DNA of 43,062 nucleotides from a virus. This document shows, in pieces, positions 38,398 through 43,062 of this stretch (its first letter is position 1; each line of letters starts with the position of its first letter). The notes beneath the pieces are model-generated. The model ran no database searches, was not told the origin of the DNA, and worked only from the letters and a program-made list of their open reading frames with translations. The stretch is taken from the IMG/VR virus record IMGVR_UViG_3300029692_000015, one strand, 5' to 3'. Both the position numbers and the translations under genes were made by a program.

Positions 38398-38768
38398 CAG
38401 GAAAGCACCACCTTTTTACACTGCACAACGGCAAGATTCATCTGGCTTTCGGCGGGCGAAATCTTGTCGCTGCTCGCGGTGGTCACCTCGTAGGTCTGCC
38501 CATCGTCCAGCCGCTTGATGCGGTCGAAGGGGGACAGCTTGATGCCCTTATCCACATAGATGGAGTAGGTGGACGCCGTGCCCTGCTGCTCTGCCTGCTG
38601 TGCTTCAATGGTCTGGTCGTGGCGCTCTACGGCAAGAAACTCCATGCCGTCCTCCCATGTGGTGGTAGAGCCAAAAAGCCCATCCGAAACCAGCTTTTTT
38701 TCCATGAAGCAGAACTTCTTGGTGAAATTCTCCATCACGGTGAACTTGGTGAAATCGTTTACAGGCAT
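38397..38768 (-). CDS. Head closure / head-tail joining protein
   Basis: Start MPVNDFTKF at 38768 follows GGAGGAAGCTGTA. Call based on position. Confidence 0.55.
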   Translation of the reverse strand: MPVNDFTKFTVMENFTKKFCFMEKKLVSDGLFGSTTTWEDGMEFLAVERHDQTIEAQQAEQQGTASTYSIYVDKGIKLSPFDRIKRLDDGQTYEVTTASSDKISPAESQMNLAVVQCKKVVLS

Positions 38769-39178
38769 TACAGCTTCCTCCATTGGTTGATTTCCCGGCG
38801 GTAGTGGGTGCATCCGTCTGCGGGCAAGCCATCCGTGCCGGTTGCCATAGTGCCGCTCCATCCGTTGAAGGACTGGGAAACATAGCGCCCATCGCCGGGG
38901 GTGGCTGCATCGTAGTCGGTGATCTTCTGGGCAAGTGCCACAAAATCAGGAGGGACGCGCATGGGCTGCACCGTGCCGGTGAAGGTTTCTGGGGTAAGGT
39001 CTCCGTCTCCCGCCTTGTGCACGCCGTCGTTAAAGATAGACCCGCATACAAGGAAATACTGCCCGGCGGATACCCCGGCGGGGACAGTATCTGCCGTAAA
39101 GGTAAATTTCCCGGCGGTGGGGTCATCGTACCGGTCAAAGAAGTTTCGCGTGTACACGCACAGTTCTGGCACAGTCAT
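38768..39178 (-). CDS. Head-tail adaptor-like protein
   Basis: First ORF after the major capsid gene. Call based on position. Confidence 0.5.
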   Translation of the reverse strand: MTVPELCVYTRNFFDRYDDPTAGKFTFTADTVPAGVSAGQYFLVCGSIFNDGVHKAGDGDLTPETFTGTVQPMRVPPDFVALAQKITDYDAATPGDGRYVSQSFNGWSGTMATGTDGLPADGCTHYRREINQWRKL

Positions 39179-39200
39179 GCGGGGTCACCTCCTTTGTAGA

Positions 39201-40100
39201 TTAGACCGATTCGCCCGGGGTGATGGTCTGGACAGAGATGCCGTCCAGATACTCGGCAAACAGGGTCACGCCGGTGATGGCAAAGCTTTCGGACACGGCG
39301 GTGGTGTAGTTGCCCTGGGTGTGGAAGCCAATCAGGTTGCTTGCCTCGCCTGCGGTGGTGTACACCAGACCAGCCTTGGCATAGTCGCTGTCAGAGGGGT
39401 CAACGTAGTACATCACGATGTTGTCAACAGGGGTGGCAATGACCTTGCCCTTTGCGATCTCGCCATCGGACAGCAGGAAAATGGTGTTGTAGCCCATAAA
39501 GTCCTTGATGTACTGGAAGCCGTACTGGTTCTGGATGGTGATGTTTGCGGTGCCCAGATATTCGGCCACATCCAGAACGTTGGCAAAGCCCACCACGCCG
39601 GTGACGGTGCGGTGCATATTCTTGAACTTGTTCTCCACGCTGCCCTTTGCCATCGCCAGAGCCATCTGGAAGGTCTTGGGCGTGCCCTTCAGGCTGCCGG
39701 TGTTCAGGTACTTGTAGAACTTGTCGGTCACCTTTGCGGTCAGGTCGTACAGGAACTCGTCATCGGTCTTCTGCACGGCAACCTCGTAGCCGTAATTCTG
39801 GATAGCCTCAAGGGAGACGGCCTTGGCGTACTTTTCGATGGTGATCTTGCCGTAGTCCTTCTCCTTGACGGTGTACTGGCTGTAAGGGATCTCCTCGCCC
39901 TCTGCCACGGTGCCGCTCTGCAGGGTGCCCTGTGCATACTTGCTCTTCAGCACAGTGCCGGGCTGCATACGGATGGGGCGCATGATGCCCATGATCTCCC
40001 GCAGATGATCCCAGTTGCGCTGGAAGCGGGTCACGAAGTCGATCTCGCGGGGGTTGACGGTGATCTCGGTGGTGGTAATCAGATTTTCTTTTGCTGCCAT
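39201..40100 (-). CDS. Major capsid protein (HK97-fold, SPP1 gp13-like)
   Basis: 299-aa ORF directly after the scaffold gene. Size and composition are typical. Confidence 0.85.
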   Translation of the reverse strand: MAAKENLITTTEITVNPREIDFVTRFQRNWDHLREIMGIMRPIRMQPGTVLKSKYAQGTLQSGTVAEGEEIPYSQYTVKEKDYGKITIEKYAKAVSLEAIQNYGYEVAVQKTDDEFLYDLTAKVTDKFYKYLNTGSLKGTPKTFQMALAMAKGSVENKFKNMHRTVTGVVGFANVLDVAEYLGTANITIQNQYGFQYIKDFMGYNTIFLLSDGEIAKGKVIATPVDNIVMYYVDPSDSDYAKAGLVYTTAGEASNLIGFHTQGNYTTAVSESFAITGVTLFAEYLDGISVQTITPGESV

Positions 40101-40103
40101 AGA

Positions 40104-40691
40104 TTATTCCTTCCCGCCGCCTGTAAACAGGTCGGCATTTGCTGCAATCGCGGCCTGACGCTCGCCCGCGTCCTTGATTGCAAAAATCTGGTCTTTGGTC
40201 ATTTTGGAGCCGGTGTTTGCGGGCGGGTTGTCCACCGGTGCGCCCTTGGTGGAGGTGCTGCCCACATAATCGCTCCAATCGGTTTTCAGGCTCTCAGCCA
40301 GCTTGTCCGCGTTCTTTACGTTGCCTTTGCTGTCCAGTTCCATCTTGTCGATGTCCTCTCCAGACAAGCGCACGATGCGGTCAAAGTACTTTTCCAGCAC
40401 GCCTGCGGCTTTGAGCTGCTCCCGGAACTTGGATTCCTTGGCTGCATGGGCGTCCTTCTTGGTCTGCTGGGTCTTGTAGTCGGTCAGTGCCTGCTCCGCG
40501 GTCTGCTTACCGCTGTTGGCTGCGTCCCGTTCCTTTTCCGCTGCAACGCGGGCGTTTTTCTCGGTATCCAGTTCGTCCCGGAGGGCGTCGGTCTCCTCGT
40601 GCAAGGCGTCCAGAATGGCTTTTGCCTTGTCATCGTTGGAGGTTTCGGCGTTTTCCAGAATCTTGCGGATATCTGCTCTTTTGAGTGCCAT
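40104..40691 (-). CDS. Scaffolding protein
   Basis: 195 aa starting at MALKRADIRK. Highly charged and helical (DELDTEKNARVAAEKERDAANSGKQTAEQ...). The longer track ORF would overlap the tRNA. Confidence 0.7.
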   Translation of the reverse strand: MALKRADIRKILENAETSNDDKAKAILDALHEETDALRDELDTEKNARVAAEKERDAANSGKQTAEQALTDYKTQQTKKDAHAAKESKFREQLKAAGVLEKYFDRIVRLSGEDIDKMELDSKGNVKNADKLAESLKTDWSDYVGSTSTKGAPVDNPPANTGSKMTKDQIFAIKDAGERQAAIAANADLFTGGGKE

Positions 40692-40769
40692 GTGTGTTCG
40701 TCCTTTCTGCCCTTGCTTGGGCTGCCATTCTTGGCAATAAGATTTAATTTGCCGGACGTGCTGCCGGTG

Positions 40770-40845
40770 TGGTGCCGCTTGCAGGAATCGAACCTGCAAC
40801 TACCCGGTTATGAGCCGGGAGCACTGCCAGTTGTGCGAAAACGGC
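40770..40845 (-). tRNA. tRNA with CAT anticodon (Met, or Ile2 if lysidinylated), CCA encoded
   Basis: Hand-folded 76 nt: acceptor GCCGTTT/AAGCGGC, D arm GCAC-AACTGGCA-GTGC, anticodon arm CCCGG-CTCATAA-CCGGG, T arm GCAGG-TTCGATT-CCTGC, then A-CCA. Confidence 0.85.
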
Positions 40846-40891
40846 ATAAAAAAGCGGCTGACGCTGTGCGCAAACCGCTGGATATTGAGTT

Positions 40892-41347
40892 TTATCCGTC
40901 CTGTGCTTCTCTTACTGCAATCTCTTGCAGCTCCTTAATATGATCTTCCACCGCCGGGCGCAGGAAGGGGCGGGCTTTCATGCCCCGGGTAAAGTGCCAT
41001 TTGCCGTTGAAGTCTTGCCAGACCCACGGCGTTTTGCGTCCGTTGCCCTTCTCGGCAAAAATACCGGTGCCCAACTCCACATATACACTGTAAAACAGGT
41101 TTGAGCCGATGGTCACGGTCTTTTGCGCCGCAGATACAACGTAGGTAAGGGATGCTTTCAGTGCACCGCCTACATATCCCTCTATGCCGGTGCTGTCTTC
41201 CGTGCCGGTGGGCACAAGCAGCTGGGCATAGTCTTGCACCTTCATGCCCCAGATGGTCAGCACCCGCTCCACCCACGCTTCCAGAGCTTCATGCAGCTGC
41301 GGGGTGTTGTCGGTGACTTTGATGTTGTAGTCAAATTTCATCGGCAT
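40892..41347 (-). CDS. HK97 gp10-family protein
   Basis: 151 aa with the motif ...TRGMKARPFLRPAVEDH... Confidence 0.65.
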   Translation of the reverse strand: MPMKFDYNIKVTDNTPQLHEALEAWVERVLTIWGMKVQDYAQLLVPTGTEDSTGIEGYVGGALKASLTYVVSAAQKTVTIGSNLFYSVYVELGTGIFAEKGNGRKTPWVWQDFNGKWHFTRGMKARPFLRPAVEDHIKELQEIAVREAQDG

Positions 41348-41609
41348 CTTCCCCTTCTTCCTCCTGCTCTGCCCAACGTCTTTGAATCAGCTCTCCGTTG
41401 GAACAAACCGAATCCAGTACAGCGTCAGCCTGCATATGAGCAGAAACAAGAGCTTTATCGGACATTTCCATGTTATAATAACCGGTCATGACCTCACCTT
41501 TTGCAGTAATGCCTACTACTGCAAGTTTTTTGACCTTCTCTTCTTCAATCAGCTTGAGCGCATCCATAAGCCATGGCGCATAATCGGCATCTGACATTAA
41601 GACATTCAT
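41331..41609 (-). CDS. Hypothetical acidic protein (92 aa)
   Basis: ORF-track entry within the operon. Confidence 0.55.
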   Translation of the reverse strand: MNVLMSDADYAPWLMDALKLIEEEKVKKLAVVGITAKGEVMTGYYNMEMSDKALVSAHMQADAVLDSVCSNGELIQRRWAEQEEEGEDADEI

Positions 41610-41791
41610 TTTCTGAATCCTTCCATTGTCCTAATAAGGCGTTTGTGTGCTCCATGCGGCTTCGCGCCATTTCCGTAGGAAGGCCGCGCGTGTTTTGGCT
41701 TAATGTAACCACACGGGGGCTTAAAATCACGGCAAAAGTTCAAGAAAAAGTCATCGTTGATTACGACAATCCCGAACTTCTTATTTTTCAT
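41606..41791 (-). CDS. Hypothetical basic small protein (61 aa)
   Basis: Start MKNKKFGIVV follows GGAGAGTGCAAAGC. The local patch is AT-rich. Confidence 0.4.
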   Translation of the reverse strand: MKNKKFGIVVINDDFFLNFCRDFKPPCGYIKPKHARPSYGNGAKPHGAHKRLIRTMEGFRK

Positions 41792-42815
41792 GCTTTGCAC
41801 TCTCCTTTCTCCGTTTTCTCTCTTCCGTCCGCCACATCTGTTCTGCTTCCGTTCCGCCCTTTGCCTTGTACCACTCGGTATAGGTCAGGTCAGATGTGAC
41901 CTCTTTTGTCGTGTTGTCCCGCCGCATAGCGTCCTTCCGTGGGTACTTTACAAGCGCCCCGGTCACCTTACAGCGGCAGTGATAAACCATTTCCGGCGCT
42001 GCGTTTGGGTCTCCCGGGTACTGGATCTCGTATCCCTGCGCCTTGAAAGGCTCGTCAAGGTCGGCGGTCTCCTGATCCAGCAGTCGGTGCATCTCTCGGG
42101 TGCGGTAGTCCAAAGTGCTGTTCCAGCGCTTCTGCACCTCAATGCCAATGGCTTCAGCGTTGCGCAGCTGCTGCATCGTCCCTGCGTTCTGTGCGCCTGT
42201 AAGGGCTGTGATGGCGTTGTTCATGGCCCAATGCACCTCGGTATCTGCCATGCCCTTCACAGCCTGCACCGCAATGTCATGGACGCTTTTGCCCTGTATG
42301 ATGCCCTGCATGACGTACCGATTGAACACCCGGGCGTCGTAGGTCTTGTTGCTTTCGCTCTTGATGCGCTTGTTTGGCACAAGCTTGGGGTTTTCCACCA
42401 GCAGCCGCTTGACCGCTTCTGTGTTGTACAAGGTCAGGTTGAACGCCACGCCTGCGGCCTGTTCCAGCTCGTAGAACGCCCAGTTTGCGCCAAGGGCAAA
42501 GATATCATACTGTTCATCTCGCGCCAGGTTGTACGCCGTCTGCTGGGCTGTGGTGCACGTCTGGGTGATGTTGTCCAGCTTCTGGTGCATCATCTCGGAC
42601 TGAAACACCTGATTCCGCAGCCATGTGCGATAGTCGCTCTCAGTGATCTTCCCGGCTTCCAGCTGCTGCCGCTTGTATGCGTCCAGCTTCTGGTAATGCT
42701 CCAGAAACTCGGTCAGCTGCTTGGTCATTTCCTGGCGGGCGGTGCCGTATACACGCAAAATGCGGCGGCGCAGCCTGTTCAGCTGCCGGGTGGAGATACG
42801 GTCAAGGTTGTTCAT
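41781..42815 (-). CDS. Head morphogenesis protein (Mu F / SPP1 gp7 family)
   Basis: 344 aa with TLDYRTREMHRLLDQ...EPF...YPGDPNAAPEMVYHCRC, typical of the Mu-F-like domain. Confidence 0.85.
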   Translation of the reverse strand: MNNLDRISTRQLNRLRRRILRVYGTARQEMTKQLTEFLEHYQKLDAYKRQQLEAGKITESDYRTWLRNQVFQSEMMHQKLDNITQTCTTAQQTAYNLARDEQYDIFALGANWAFYELEQAAGVAFNLTLYNTEAVKRLLVENPKLVPNKRIKSESNKTYDARVFNRYVMQGIIQGKSVHDIAVQAVKGMADTEVHWAMNNAITALTGAQNAGTMQQLRNAEAIGIEVQKRWNSTLDYRTREMHRLLDQETADLDEPFKAQGYEIQYPGDPNAAPEMVYHCRCKVTGALVKYPRKDAMRRDNTTKEVTSDLTYTEWYKAKGGTEAEQMWRTEERKRRKESAKHEK

Positions 42816-42822
42816 CGATCAT

Positions 42823-43062
42823 TCACCACTCACTAAATTCAACAGCAGGCTTTGGCAATTCCGCCCAGTGTGTAACTTCGGCGTATTCATAATCTACGAC
42901 ACGGACATATTCTTGCCAGTCATGCACCCATCCTAAAGCGTCATCGTAATGTCCGCTTGTCGTTCTTGATTCCGAAAAAACACCTTTTTCTTGATTTTCT
43001 CTCGTATCAGCGTAGCAAACCGTGATGAGATACTCCTCAAGCTCACCCTTTTTGTGGCGGGG
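42823..43062 (-). CDS. 3' part of the wrap-around hypothetical gene (same gene as 1-246; 42964-43062 duplicates 1-99)
   Basis: The frame is open from the window end to TGA at 42825-42823 and is continuous with the 1-246 segment once the 99-nt overlap is collapsed. Confidence 0.5.
   Translation of the reverse strand, partial: PRHKKGELEEYLITVCYADTRENQEKGVFSESRTTSGHYDDALGWVHDWQEYVRVVDYEYAEVTHWAELPKPAVEFSEW
42964..43062. repeat. Terminal direct repeat, copy 2 (identical to 1-99)
   Basis: Read directly. Confidence 0.95.

Noticed and set aside
40692-40799. N-terminal extension of the scaffold ORF (TTG start at 40799)
   Set aside because: It overlaps the tRNA(CAT) gene. The internal ATG at 40691, with an RBS, gives a typical scaffold protein.
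38919-40943. 674-aa plus-strand ORF spanning the capsid/scaffold region
   Set aside because: It is antisense to the major capsid and scaffold genes and runs straight through the tRNA(CAT) gene. Its composition is that of a shadow ORF.

Overview
The window is one complete, end-overlapping genome of a temperate siphovirus-type dsDNA phage or prophage. Bases 1-99 recur exactly at 42964-43062, giving a unit length of 42,963 bp. Signals are Firmicutes-style: GGAGG ribosome-binding sites, ATGA-coupled gene junctions and hairpin/T-tract terminators. Nearly all structural, replication and lysis genes lie on the minus strand.

Module order by coordinate:
- Packaging: portal 233-1615, terminase large subunit 1628-3193, PLD/HKD-like protein 3616-4344.
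- tRNA / tRNA-like RNA cluster: 4529-5034.
- Late regulator, RusA, two C5 cytosine methyltransferases (one split at a G9 run), replisome organizer, a 26 x 15-bp tandem-repeat protein, SSB and an annealing-protein candidate: 5225-12654.
- Early genes including a Rha antirepressor: 12655-15958.
- Divergent-promoter genetic switch: 15959-16111.
- Lysogeny side with two XRE regulators, morons and a tyrosine integrase: 16112-19956.
- attP with a tRNA 3'-end fragment flanked by arm-type repeats: 19961-20190.
- Cargo/moron region of self-contained transcription units plus an HNH homing endonuclease: 20323-26280.
- Lysis cassette: 26291-27564.
- Complete diversity-generating retroelement (RT, TR, Avd, VR-bearing target): 27881-30986.
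- Tail genes including the tape measure and a G/GT -1 frameshift chaperone pair: 30999-38397.
- Head genes including capsid, scaffold, an embedded tRNA-Met and a Mu-F/SPP1 gp7-like protein: 38397-42815.

The best-supported special system is the DGR. TR and VR differ at 17 positions, and every one is a template adenine.

Other items worth a second look:
- an atypical 138-nt tRNA-like gene followed by a terminator-bounded structured RNA;
- a helically phased GCGC array;
- the repeat protein;
- the homopolymer-interrupted methyltransferase;
- several cargo units of unknown function next to attP.

All functional names come from motif and architecture recognition by eye. No database search was possible, so family names are hypotheses unless a motif is quoted.
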